The notes under the pieces were generated by a model that did not search any database, was not told the DNA's origin, and saw only the letters and a list, made by a program, of their open reading frames with translations. A stretch of 64,000 nt of DNA, taken from Utricularia gibba (taxonomy: Eukaryota; Plantae; Magnoliophyta). Of this stretch, positions 1 through 16,221 are shown piece by piece; within the stretch, counting starts at the first letter, position 1, and the number at the start of each line of letters is the position of its first letter. Made by a program: the position numbers and the translations under genes. The DNA lies in contig NEEC01000025.1 in assembly GCA_002189035.1 (NCBI GenBank), positions 434,001-498,000 of the forward strand, read 5' to 3'.

Positions 1-189
1 ATCAACACGGTGTCTCCAACGCGGAGACGATAAATAACTCAGAGATCGTAACTGCACCTTCGGCTGACCAATACATCCACTAAGATGCCGAGATGCAGCT
101 TGTTCCCCAGAGGCAGAAGAGACCTTTTTTGCCGCGCAGGACCCGAAGCCTCTCCTAAGGAGAGTGGATGCACCACTTCTTATATACAT
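1..189 (-). CDS. Partial CDS (N-terminus only, runs off window start); possible mitochondrial targeting presequence, product unknown
   Basis: ATG at 189 opens MYIRSGASTLLRRGFGSCAAKKVSSASGEQAASRHLSGCIGQPKVQLRSLSYLSSPRWRHRVD with no stop to the window edge. It is R/S/L-rich and nearly acid-free, like a presequence. Not in the ORF track because it is truncated. Confidence 0.4.
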   Translation of the reverse strand, partial: MYIRSGASTLLRRGFGSCAAKKVSSASGEQAASRHLSGCIGQPKVQLRSLSYLSSPRWRHRVD

Positions 190-1144
190 ACCTACCGAAC
201 GCCGCCAGTCACATTCAAATGATAAAAGGATCACCCGATGGCAACAAGATGGCGTTTTCTTCAATGGTGGGATCGGATGGTTCTCTAATCTCTTGGGTTG
301 TGTGCCGAGACGGCGAACGCACTCAAGCGGCGGATTAGAAGAGAAAAGTAGCTTGTGGGGGACACAGAAACGGCGATTAGGACCTTGAAAACCTTTTCTG
401 TTGCTTTTATTCTCAAAATGAACAAGGCCCACGACAACTCGCGGCTGCTAATTCTTAACCTGAAAATTCGAGAAAAGCGGGACAGTAAAGTTGGTCTCCG
501 ATCCCCATTATCGCCCTGATTCCTCCTCCGCTGCTCTAAAATTAGCCAAAAGAAATTTGACTTCGCATCTGAAGCTTCAACTAAAGTAATGCTTTCAGAC
601 TTCTATTCTCTTATCCACCTTGGAAGATCGCAAAAGGTGCCATTTTTCTTCTTGGTTGCCACGTGAACCAGGTAACCTCTGTTGTGATAATTACCCCGTC
701 GACGACAACAGAGCTAGTCATGAAAGGGACGTATTCAGCTTAAAAATGCTTCACGAAAGGCGTCAACTGGTTCAATTCCTCTCATTTTTTGTTTGCCAGC
801 CTTCAAACAAAGGATAATCTCCATGTCCATTCAATGGGCCTGCATTTTAACATAACTGAATGTTTGAGCCAGAAACGTCCTCCCCAGTTCCATCTGAAAA
901 CCAAGTTCTGAACTTTCCCCGAGAGGCATGCCACTGTCCGGTTTTTGTGAAATAATGGACATGAAAAGCTAAAGACAGGGCAGAACTACAGATCAACCAG
1001 TTGTATTCTAATACCACAACTGATACATGTATAAACATGCGTTCTTCCTTGATAATTTGACAGGCATACATAGCCTTCCGTTTCCAGTTCCCACAAAGAT
1101 AAGCATAGCATAGTTTTTCAGTATTCTATGGGTGTACCACGGAT

Positions 1145-3905
<2,761 letters not shown>

Positions 3906-4674
3906 TCAACGAAGCTCAAAGTCAGACCCCCAGATCAATCGAACAAAACACATCCCCTCGAAGCACTCAACGGATAAACATAGGGACAGAACGGAAAAAA
4001 AGCATTCGTATCATCATTACAAAAGGTTTCCGTAAACTGGATGCTCCAAACCCCAGGAAAAATCTTACCTTGGAGCAGATGATGCAAAACCCACAATCAG
4101 GAGAGACGACGATGCACGACTGAAGTGCCAAAGCGCACGAATCAAAAAACATCCAACTCGTATTATAGTATTATATTGATTTGATTTATGGGATTTAGGT
4201 AAAGAAGATTAAAGGAATTAAATTTTTAAATAATATTAATAAAAGAACAACTAGTCTTTATTGGACTAAAAAAACCTTATTAATTCCGAATTTATTTAAA
4301 ATTGTGAAATAAACGCAATATATTCTATAACCACTATGCTAAACTTGTATAATTCTAACAATCTAATATACGGTTAAGACACGTTGGGTTACCTGGTAAA
4401 AAAATTAATATAATTTAATTATTGATTTTAAATAAACCGAGAAAAAATTGTGATGCTCACTGTGGGCAAGGAAGAGCTTGAATTTATTTGTTTTGAGAAT
4501 GAAATCCAAGAGAAGAAAATGCAACACGTGAGAAAGTATAAATCAAAGGCTCTGGTACTTATTTATGCTCACCGCATGAGGTGGGATAATGCAGCAACGA
4601 ATCAATCCCATAGGACTACAGATTCTGTCAAGTACAATAGCAGGAGGAGAAGAGGAGAGAATCTGGGAGGTCAC

Positions 4675-5245
4675 TTACACAGGCTTAGCCTCCTTTTTCT
4701 CCTCGCCCAAGTACCTATGAGTAAACAAGCAGACTTCAACACTGAGGACATAATGCAGAGCATGAGCTCTGGAATGTGGTTTTAATCCCAACAGCGAGCA
4801 ATGAAATTTTAGAACTCACCCCTGGCCCTTGGCCCAGCGTGAAAGTTGATAGAGTTGCACTGTCTCATTGGAGGCATGGCAAGCAAGTAGCAGATAGTTG
4901 CGAGGCTGAACCATCCAGGCGAACCTCATGAACAAACCGGAATAAATGCACATTGCTGTGATGGTATGAGATTGAGTTGAAAGATGAGAAGGGAAGAGAA
5001 ATGGCGGTTGGAAAGATCTAAAATGAGCTACCTCCTGTCATGTTGCCAGATATCATTTCTGGGGGCTTCTTCATGTCCACCAGGCCCTGAGATGTAAGTT
5101 CACCAATGTTATGATCATTCAGAGAGCAGAAACTCAATTGGAAACCTACCGCAATCACAAAACCCCAGTTGGCCACCGGACCCCAAAAATGAGTTGTTTT
5201 AGGCCCAACTGGACTGTTCAAAAAGGATTTGAATGAAGAAGCCAT
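4675..5245 (-). CDS. MPC1: Mitochondrial pyruvate carrier 1; 4 coding exons, 5' UTR intron upstream
   Basis: [32 protein letters not shown]|[18 protein letters not shown]|[46 protein letters not shown]|[12 protein letters not shown]. Confidence 0.95.
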
Positions 5246-6512
5246 TGATGCCTCGTGTTAATCTGTATTGCAAGAAAATGGAAAGAAGCCGTGACATAGA
5301 AACATTTCGATGACAATAAGCGCATGAAAGCATCAATTCGGTAATGATAAAAGCATCGTATTTTATCATCAAACAAAACAGTTAGTAAACAAAGCTTGGT
5401 ATTACCAAGTTTTCAAACTATGAAAAGATCACCCTGTTAACAAAAGCCAACATGTGTTTGAGAGTTTCCGATGGTGTATTTGTTTCAAAGTCGTCCAGCA
5501 CCACAGAACCCAATTAAGAAGATGCTTCAGTGCTGTGTAGTTACAGAAATCCCTTACATAAATTACATTGAACATGGGCATTCATAGATGAAGAACAACC
5601 AAGTCCTTAGAAATCACATTTAACTAAAAAAAAATCCGATGGAATTGATCCAACTGCAGAGTAAACAATGTTTAACACAATTTCAACTGCATCTCATGTA
5701 CGGTACACAAAATTTACTCAAGAATTTCAAATCAAATATCAAAGAAGAGATCGGGGAACCCTAGCACAGAATCATGATCAACGATAAAAGAAAAAGGGGC
5801 GATTCACAAAACCTACTTCTGCTCAATCGCTTTCAAAGAAAATTTCGTACGAGAAACCACTTACGCTCCTCTTGTCCTCTTCTTCCCGCTGCAACTGGGA
5901 GGTCTTCTGTCACCCGCTCAAATGCCAACCCTGGACACGCCGTAATCCGTATCCAAGGTTTTTTTTTTAATTCTAAAATAATAAAGCAAAAATGTCAAGG
6001 GTATTTAGGAGATAAAATAATTGAGAATTCGCAATCTTTGGGAAAACCATTCATTTTTGGTGAATTATTGATATAAAAACAATTTTGTTTAAAAAAAAAC
6101 CTTTGATATGAAGGGTTGGACAGTGTACCGGGTGACAGAAGGCCTCTCGTTTCAGTTGAAGATCTCGGGGAAGGGATTGCAGAGGAGAAGAGAACCCAGA
6201 AGAGTGACTCTTGTGAGTGGTTTCTCCAATTGAGCAGCGCTAGGATGTGTGAGTACCCGATCGTGTGTTAGGTTTTCCGGATCACTTTTTTTTTAATGTT
6301 TGGTTTGAAAATTTGGAGAAATTTTTGTGTGATGTGTATCAGAGCGGGTGAAGCATTACATTGTTTGCTCTGCAGTAGAAACGGTCTTCAGGAGATTCAC
6401 AATCTATCGCTTCGATTGGATCTAGAACTTGCACGCAGACTCGAGCTCTCAGTTTCGTTACAGACACACTGCTTCATTGATTCACAGGAAAAGGGATCGA
6501 AAAAAGGGTGAA

Positions 6513-8084
6513 ATGGCAGTGAGAACGGGGATTTTGAAGGCAGTTGTGGGATTGATGGCAATTTGCTTGGCAGGATATATTTTGGGTCCTCCCCTTTATT
6601 GGCACTTGAGGGAAGGATTGGCTTCGACGTCTGTCTCCTCCGCTTCTTGCCCTGTCTGTGAATGTGAATGTGATTCGTTGTCCCATTTATCCATCCCTCA
6701 AGGTATTGACGATAGATTTGTTTTGATTTTTTTGTTATTGTTTTGGTTACTTAATTTTACGTTACCCCATCTGGGTGTTGGAATTATTGGTGTCGGATCT
6801 TTACCTTGACATCGCCAATCACATTGCTATTTAGTTCTGAACTTCTTACAGACGCTTAGATTTTCTCCTTGCTGCTCTTTATGTTTTCGTGTGTGGTTCA
6901 AGATTCAATCTTTTGATCTCCAAGCTTATTTATAAGCATATGGTTACACTTATAGATGAATCATGCGAAGAAGAAAAATTCTTGTTTTTTTTTTTTCTTT
7001 TAACCAGAGGTTGGTAAATTCTATTTGCAGGGGCACCATCCCTTTCCTTTTTTGCATGATCTGAACTCTGTCTTGTTTCTTCAATTAGGGAAGTTTTGAA
7101 GGTTGAATTTTTCGATGGATCTTTAAGTTTTTAATGATTTAATGCTATTCATGGACTTCAACAATATTGAAATTCCAATTGACATTTTGTGTCACTTCCT
7201 TTGAGTGGACAACCCAAAATATTTGCTTCTTATGATGTGTATAACTATACGTGATATTTGCGGCTCATTGGATCATCAATGGGGATTCTAAAATATGAGC
7301 TCAAGCTTCAGTTCTTTGTTTGCCACATAATGTATTGGATTCCAACATTTGACTCATTTAGAGGCACACCCTTCATTAAATGCTATTCAATCAAATGAGA
7401 ATTGTTTGTTTTGACACTTATGGTATCTTGGTATGTTTCACATTGCATCTGTTATTCTCTTGTTAATTGGCTCATATTGACTTTTTTCTTTTTTTCTTTT
7501 TTTGCAGTGCTGATAAATGCATCTTTCACTGGTAAAATTTCCTTTAACTTTAGCTAATAGTATGAATGTTATCTGGGACTGTGCTAATTGCATCTTTTCA
7601 TATCTTTGATTTTTTACTGTCTGTAATCCCTGAACTTTTCAAGATAAACCAAGCTGATCAAAACGATCATTTTGTACATTTACTGCTATAAGTAGTTTGG
7701 ACTTGACTGTGAGCTGAATTTGTTCATTGTCTTTTTTTCCTCTTTGCGCTTCACGCAGACTGTGCCAAGAATGATCCAGGAACCAACCCAGAGATGCAGA
7801 AATATTCAGCTGATCTACTGTCAGAAGAAGTAAGGATTCACGAAGCTGAAGCTCTAGCAAACCAGCAGCGCGCCGACATGGCATTACTCGAGGCAAAGAA
7901 GATGACATCCCAGTACCAAAAAGAAGCAGACAAGTGCAACTCCGGGATGGAGACTTGTGAGGAGGCCAGAGAGAAGTCGGAGGCTGCTTTGATAGCGCAG
8001 AGACAACTTACTGCCATGTGGGAGCAGAGAGCGAGACAAAGAGGTTGGAGAGATGAACGCTCCAAGAGCAAATCCTCTTCTTGA
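6513..8084 (+). CDS. DUF1068 family protein (N-terminal membrane anchor, Cys motif, coiled coil)
   Basis: MAVRTGILKAVVGLMAICLAGYILGPPLYW...CPVCECEC, spliced to DCAK...ADMALLEAKKMTSQYQKEADKCNSGMETCEEAREK...WEQRARQRGW, which is the DUF1068 signature. Confidence 0.9.
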
Positions 8085-8548
8085 TTCGGCATGTTGTATG
8101 CAATGTCCTGCTGTGCATGGTGCTTTTGATTAAACTAAACATGGTGAATTATTGTGAGCATTGTCATTCAACCCCTATTTGAATATCAAGTTCTCGTATT
8201 TCAGATTGCTCGTTTCGATGAACACACCACAACATATAGCAGTTTCCCAACATAAGCAAAAGAAAGCTATGATCCTGTTAAGGGGTTAGATTTAAATTGT
8301 AATCCATGGTTCCAGGTCAAAGTGGGACTACGCCGCCCTGACTCTATAGGCTCATGAACTGAAAAACAATGAAGAATCGAGGTGAATGAAGACACATCAA
8401 CCGTAAAACCAGATAAGGAAAACCATACAATAGGAAAGGATCAACTGTTCTGGCATTTCTTTCAGGTTCAGTGGTCTCAAGCTTCATCATAACCCCCATT
8501 ACAGCAATACTTGGAGGTACTGTGCAAAAGATTATAGCATCTGGGTTT

Positions 8549-9886
8549 TTATCTCTTTCTGCGCTTCGGCTCCACCTGGTAATGACATCAAACACACCCC
8601 AGTGCGTATATCTTTCTATATTTAGCATTGTGTGGGATTATCAAATGCGTTTAACTTCCAAGAAATGGCCTGTCATTACCTCAGACAAGGGTGACTCCGG
8701 AATCTCAGTCAAGGACCTTCTCATGTCATCATCGGATGAGCAGTCAGTACACACGAAACGGTCCAGTTTCTTTGCCTCTTCGATGGTCATACCCATACAA
8801 GAGGGGTGAAACCTTCAAGCAGAAGCTCATCAGTAAATTTGTCAAGTAGATGTTCCAAGGAACAAACTAACAAGACACATAAATAAATGCACTTTGACAG
8901 CAACTATAAACCACTAATGAGCCAGATGTATCAATGCATCATCATTATAACGGTGACCTATTTATGGGGATCTAACTTTAGGTTGCACTACGAGACTAAC
9001 CATGGAAAAAATCTAGGACGGCAAGTATGGAAAGAATTGCATTACTCATCAGCACATATGGATATTGTCAAGCATGCTATATTGAAACTTCACCCACCCG
9101 ATAACTCGAATGTCGTTATGTAGGTCTGCTTAAATGAAAAAAACTGGTTTCATTTTTCATTTGGGTAACACTTCGCTTTTTTCAGAAAAGAAACACAACG
9201 TACCAATCCTTGCACCCCTCACATTGCACCATGAGATCATCCGGGTTGTAAGGCATCTCACACTTGCAATACCTACAAAAAAAAGGCATAAAAAGTGAGG
9301 AAAAAATAGAATCCTTCTATGTTCATGTTTCCTTGAATGAACCAAGACTCACACAGCAACACGGTCAGGATTGAACCCTCCAGTGGCAGCCTTATACTCA
9401 AACCTACAAAAGTAATCATCCGCTCCCACATTTTCTAGCTTGGTGTAATTCTTAAAGCTGTGAACTCTGCACTTTCCTTCAATAGTGTTAGCACTCTGAA
9501 CATCATAGTGGTCTGACAAAAACAACTCCTTGGCACCATGAAATTGCCTCCGACCACCAATTGACTCCTCTGGCCGATAATACCATCGTACCCTAACTTT
9601 CACGTTGTTCCTATGGTCCGCCTCGATTTTCTCGACTTTTGCAACATACTGAGGCTTGTCAGAATCGGAAGGTCTCATCAACACACAATCCCCAGCTACA
9701 GAAACACACAGAAATCGTCAAACCACAAATCAGGAAACCAATGAAGCAGCTCTAACTTCAGTTTTGGCCCATAAAAGCCAGAAAAGACAAGAAATTAAAA
9801 ACAGTCATATTACGTCTAACGACTTTGTTGGTGCCCTTAATAGTGTAGGAATCCAAGTCCTTCTTCCCCGGCTTCGTCTTTGCCAT
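8549..9886 (-). CDS. EBS: BAH-PHD chromatin reader EARLY BOLTING IN SHORT DAYS (EBS/SHL family)
   Basis: [68 protein letters not shown]...WFHPSC, last exon VEPKRRKR* (TAA 8549-8551). Confidence 0.93.
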
Positions 9887-10674
9887 ATGCAACCTGGCCC
9901 CCAAACCTCAATCTTGAGTTTCCAGGAAAGCGGGATCCTTCAATGCCGCACCTGATACAAAGATACCAACTTTTTCCAGCCCCCAGTAGACCCTGAAATC
10001 GTTGAGTTGATATACCTGGTGGGAAGCAGAATAAAACCCTAATTGCGGGATATCGAGACGCAAACCCAGCAAGGAGTAGGACTGAAGATGGAATCTACTA
10101 GAAGCAACTCTCTTATCCCTCAATTCCTTTTACTGATCGAGATCAGACCTGCGCTGACTGTATTTTTTCCTCCACCACTTGTCCTATTCGGATTCACAGT
10201 TTTGAGGCAACTGCGTCTTTGATGTAAATCTTTTTACTGTAAGATCATGGATGGGTTAGCATCATCACGGAATCTGTAATTATCATATCTTAATTAAACT
10301 AATCGCAATTAGAAAAATCAAATACCAGTTGAGAATCACATAAATGAAGGAGCTTTGGGAAGTAGATGCAACAGAAGAAGGCGAATGCTTCGTTGAAAGA
10401 TTCTCAGGCTCCAAAAGGGTAGTTGATGCCACTTCAATGCCATTAATCCCACGTTTTTCTTATCTATTTGACTAAAATTATAAATAAATAATAAAATAAT
10501 AAAAAACAGAATATTCATATTTAAAAAATAAAAAGGGAAATCTTTTTCCATACCAAGTGTATTCTGTTGCATGTGTTGTGTGGCCAGGAGAAATGGAGGG
10601 GGAGCCTCCGCTTTGATGAAACCAGTTGTTCTCAAGCTTCTGCATCTCCCATTTCGGCCATCAGTGGATTCATC

Positions 10675-12590
10675 ATGCCCAGTAAGCTCAAGAAAGCCAT
10701 CGGCGCCGTGAAAGATCAGACCGCCATCGGCCTAGCGAAGGTCTCCGCCACCAGCACATCCACCGATCTCGACGTCGCGGTTCTACGGGCCACAACCCAC
10801 GACGATCTCCCCATCGACGATAGATATGTCATCGAGGTTCTTCGCATTGTTTCCTCCAGTAAAATCCACGCGGCGGCGTGCGCGCGCGCTATCGGGAGGA
10901 GAGTCGGCCGAACTAGAAACTGGGTCGTCGCTCTCAAGTCGCTGATGCTCGTTCTCCGTATATTTCAAGATGGGGATCCTTATTTCCCTCGGGAGGTTCT
11001 TCATTCCATGAAGCGAGGAGCCAGGATTCTGAACTTGTCGAGTTTCAGAGATGCGTCGCGCTCCAGTCCCTGGGATTTCACCTCCTTTGTCAGAACCTTT
11101 GCCCTGTATCTGAATGAGAGATTGGATTGCTTTCTAACTGGGAAGTTACAGCGTAGATCTGTGAATGACTCTTCGCCATTGATGTACAGAAGCAGAAGCA
11201 GGGGTGCGAGAATTGAACCCATTCGTGATATGAAACCAGCCATGTTGCTTGACAAAATGGGGTGTTGGCAGCGGTTGCTTGATCAGGCTATCTCCACAAA
11301 ACCAACGGGTGCGGCTAAGACCAACAATTTGGTGTTGATGTCTCTTCATGTTGTGGTTCAAGAAACTTTTGGTCTTTACAAAGACATCTCAGACGGACTG
11401 GAATTTGTTCTTGATAGCTTCTTCCATTTACAGTACCAGAATTCTGTTGCTGCTTTTCAAATATGCCTCAAGGCAGCGAAGCAGTTTAAGGATCTCAGTG
11501 GCTTCTACACCATGTGCAGAGGTTTGGGAGTTGGTAGAAGTTCTGAGTACCCAACTGTGCACTCCATTTCAGATGAACTGATTGAGTCATTGCAGGAGTT
11601 CTTGAAGGATCAATCTTCGTTTCCCATGAAGTCCAGAAGCCATGTTATAGAAAAGGCGGATTCTTCTCCGGCTGCTAAGAATGGAGCGCCAGAGTTTGGA
11701 AGACAAAGCACGTCTCTGGAAGAGCTTATAAGTGCAACAGAGTCATGGACTGGCCCTGCAATATCTATTGATCTTGAGGATTACTCTGAACCACACCGAG
11801 AAGATGCATTCGGGATCAGTGACACCGGCTCCAGCCGATCACTACCGGTGTCGAGTTCCATCACGGATCTCATATCATTGGATGACTGGTCGGAAGAGCT
11901 TGAAAACAAATCCAAGGATCATCAAAGGGAACAGCCTTCAGAGAGCCCATTGCAAACTTCAGGTTCCATGAATTGGGAGCTTGTGCTGGCTGAAACTGTA
12001 CAATCATCATCATCATCACCTATGCCCCCACAAACGCCGGACACCAACAGCAGTGATATCTTGAAACATCTTCCGATGCCGGAGGAGAAGCATCCAAGTA
12101 TTTGGGATCTTCAGTTGATTCAAGCAGTCGTACCGCCTATCTCAAACACTACTACAAACACCTTCAGCACATTACCAGAAAAACTCATCGCTGCGACGAA
12201 CGGCTGGGAGCTCCCCCCGCAGCCGCAACACGTCAATATCACCACCGCCATCAACCCCCGACAACTGGGTGGGATCTAGTGTTATTCCAAGGGCCGCCAC
12301 CCAATCCTCCACTGGAAAAGCTACCAGATGCCCCTTCGAGCGATCATTATAATCCATTTCTGATGCCTTCACTGGATGTAGCGGTACCAGAGACATACCA
12401 TCAGCCAGCGACATCCAACTCACTTCCCACATTTTCCGTGCAGAATCAAGCCCAGGATTCGTTTACCGATGACCCCTTTGCTTGCGACGACGCCGCGTTC
12501 AGTAATCCGGTAGATGATCAAAATCTGGTGCTCCAGCAGCAGCTCTGGTTGCAAAACCAAAACAGGATTATGGCGAAGCATTTTATTTGA
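10675..12590 (+). CDS. ANTH-domain clathrin assembly protein (PICALM-like), intronless, with one apparent frameshift near 12213-12218
   Basis: MPSKLKKAIGAVKDQTAIGLAKV...DLDVAVLRATTH...RTRNWVVALKSLMLV. The C-terminal GWDLVL, YNPF and QQQLWLQNQNRIMAKH motifs lie in the -1 frame (ORF 12102..12590). Confidence 0.88.
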
Positions 12591-12838
12591 TCTATGAAAT
12601 AAAAATAATGTTGGTCGTCGTTTGTCTACCCCAATGCAACAGGAAGAGCAATGTCGTAAAAGCAGAAACTTTTGACGTGCATTCAGATGAAAACAGATAC
12701 AACTGCAATAATACAAAAGAAAAAAAATCACAGTACATGAGCACAGAAAGCTTGGTTATGGTTAGTTCTAGGGAAACAAGTACAACTCAGTATAAGCTAA
12801 GTGGCATCGACTTTGCATTCCTGCTCTGGTCGTGGATA

Positions 12839-14648
<1,810 letters not shown>

Positions 14649-14810
14649 AGCAGTTTTCCCTTGGACCCTCCTGATGAAGCAACAATGAGCCCAGATCACT
14701 GCTGACTCTTATACTTGATTTTTCGAAAGGAATGTACCAGATTCCCGGGCATCATCTTCCTCGGAGCTACCGACATCTATTGTTTCCATATTATTATTCT
14801 ACTAAACTCG

Positions 14811-14834
14811 AACCGGGTGGCTTTCCACCCGGTT
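14811..14834. repeat. Perfect 10-bp inverted repeat (AACCGGGTGG-CTTT-CCACCCGGTT) upstream of CCT
   Basis: Read directly from the sequence. Confidence 0.9.
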
Positions 14835-15485
14835 TAGACCGGGTTCAAAATAAAAGCCAAGCCTTACAAAGATTCCAAGTCAAAGATGAAAGAACCCAAT
14901 CCACTTTGCATGGGGACGCGTGACCGGGTCCAGTGCCTCCGAACACGGAGTTGAATGCAACGATGTCGGTCTAACCGACCCGAAACCACATTATTTAAAA
15001 TGTTTTAAAATCATAATTAAATTGGATTTAATTTAAATTCATCTTTAAATTTATTTTATTTTTAAAATATTTTTAAAATGATCATTTTATACTAATTTTG
15101 CACAATTTGTGAAAATAAGTTTTTGAAAAAATGAAAAGAAAGGTCTATAATTTGTATGAATAAAAATTATTTTCATAATAAGTTATAACTATTTCTGATT
15201 TCTAATATAAATATGGAGAAATAAAAATAAAAATACATCATATTACATATAATTATTAATTTTATTTTTGAGAATGAAAAATTAAAACTATAAGTTATGC
15301 ACAATCTCGCTAATCAAATAAATATTCCGTTCAACAAAGGAACGTGGGACCCACAGAGTCCACATTGGGCAAATGCCGGTTTGGTCGGTCGCACCGGGGC
15401 CGCCACTCCAATCTTACTTTGTCGCTTTTCCTCCCAGCGTACGCTGACAAGACTCAAAGACCATTTCGTCCTTGTTTCTCCATCG

Positions 15486-15505
15486 CCCCCCCCCCCCCCC
15501 CCCCC
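15486..15505 (+). repeat. C20 homopolymer in the probable PICC leader
   Basis: 20 consecutive C. Confidence 0.95.
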
Positions 15506-16221
15506 GCGCTCCTCCTATTAATTCTGATTCTCTTAACCTGCTTTGTATCAAAACGGAGACGGGGGATTCATTTTGCCGCGGGATTCCTCTTCCATTTGCG
15601 CCGGCTTCAAGCTGTCTCCGTCGTCATCGTGAGTTTCTTTTTTTATATTCCGATCCTGCGATCTTTCCGAAATTCGATTTATTGGCATCTGTGAAAATGG
15701 ATGCGGATTCGCTAAGCGAATGCGTCTGGATCGGCGGCGATCTGGATTTTTTACTACTGCGATCGCGCTAAAGCCGATCCCGCTGATCTCGATTGTTCTT
15801 GTTTTGGTTTTTTGACTTTGGTTGAGTTAAGCTAATCATCACCTTCTTCGACGTATTAATTATGGTGGAAGAAAAATGAAGATTCTCGCATTGATTTGAG
15901 TTATGACTGTTTTAATTTCTGCATTAAGAAATAATCGCCCTACCTTTAACTGAATTTCCGGTTATTTCGTGAAGTTCATTGAACGCCAGCTTTTGCTGCT
16001 GTCCAGCACTGTAAAAACAGAACAGCTCACGTTTTGTTCTCATATTACTGGAGGCTTTTCCGGCGGGGTCCATGCTAAGCTAATACTTTTTTATTTTTAT
16101 GAAATTGGAGACAGTGAATCGCTGGGCTTAGTGGAGACCGCCTGCCTTACGCTCTGGTTTCGTGGTTGAGACAAAAAAAATCTCAGAACGCTTCGGTGCT
16201 GTAAACTTTTGCATTTGGGCG

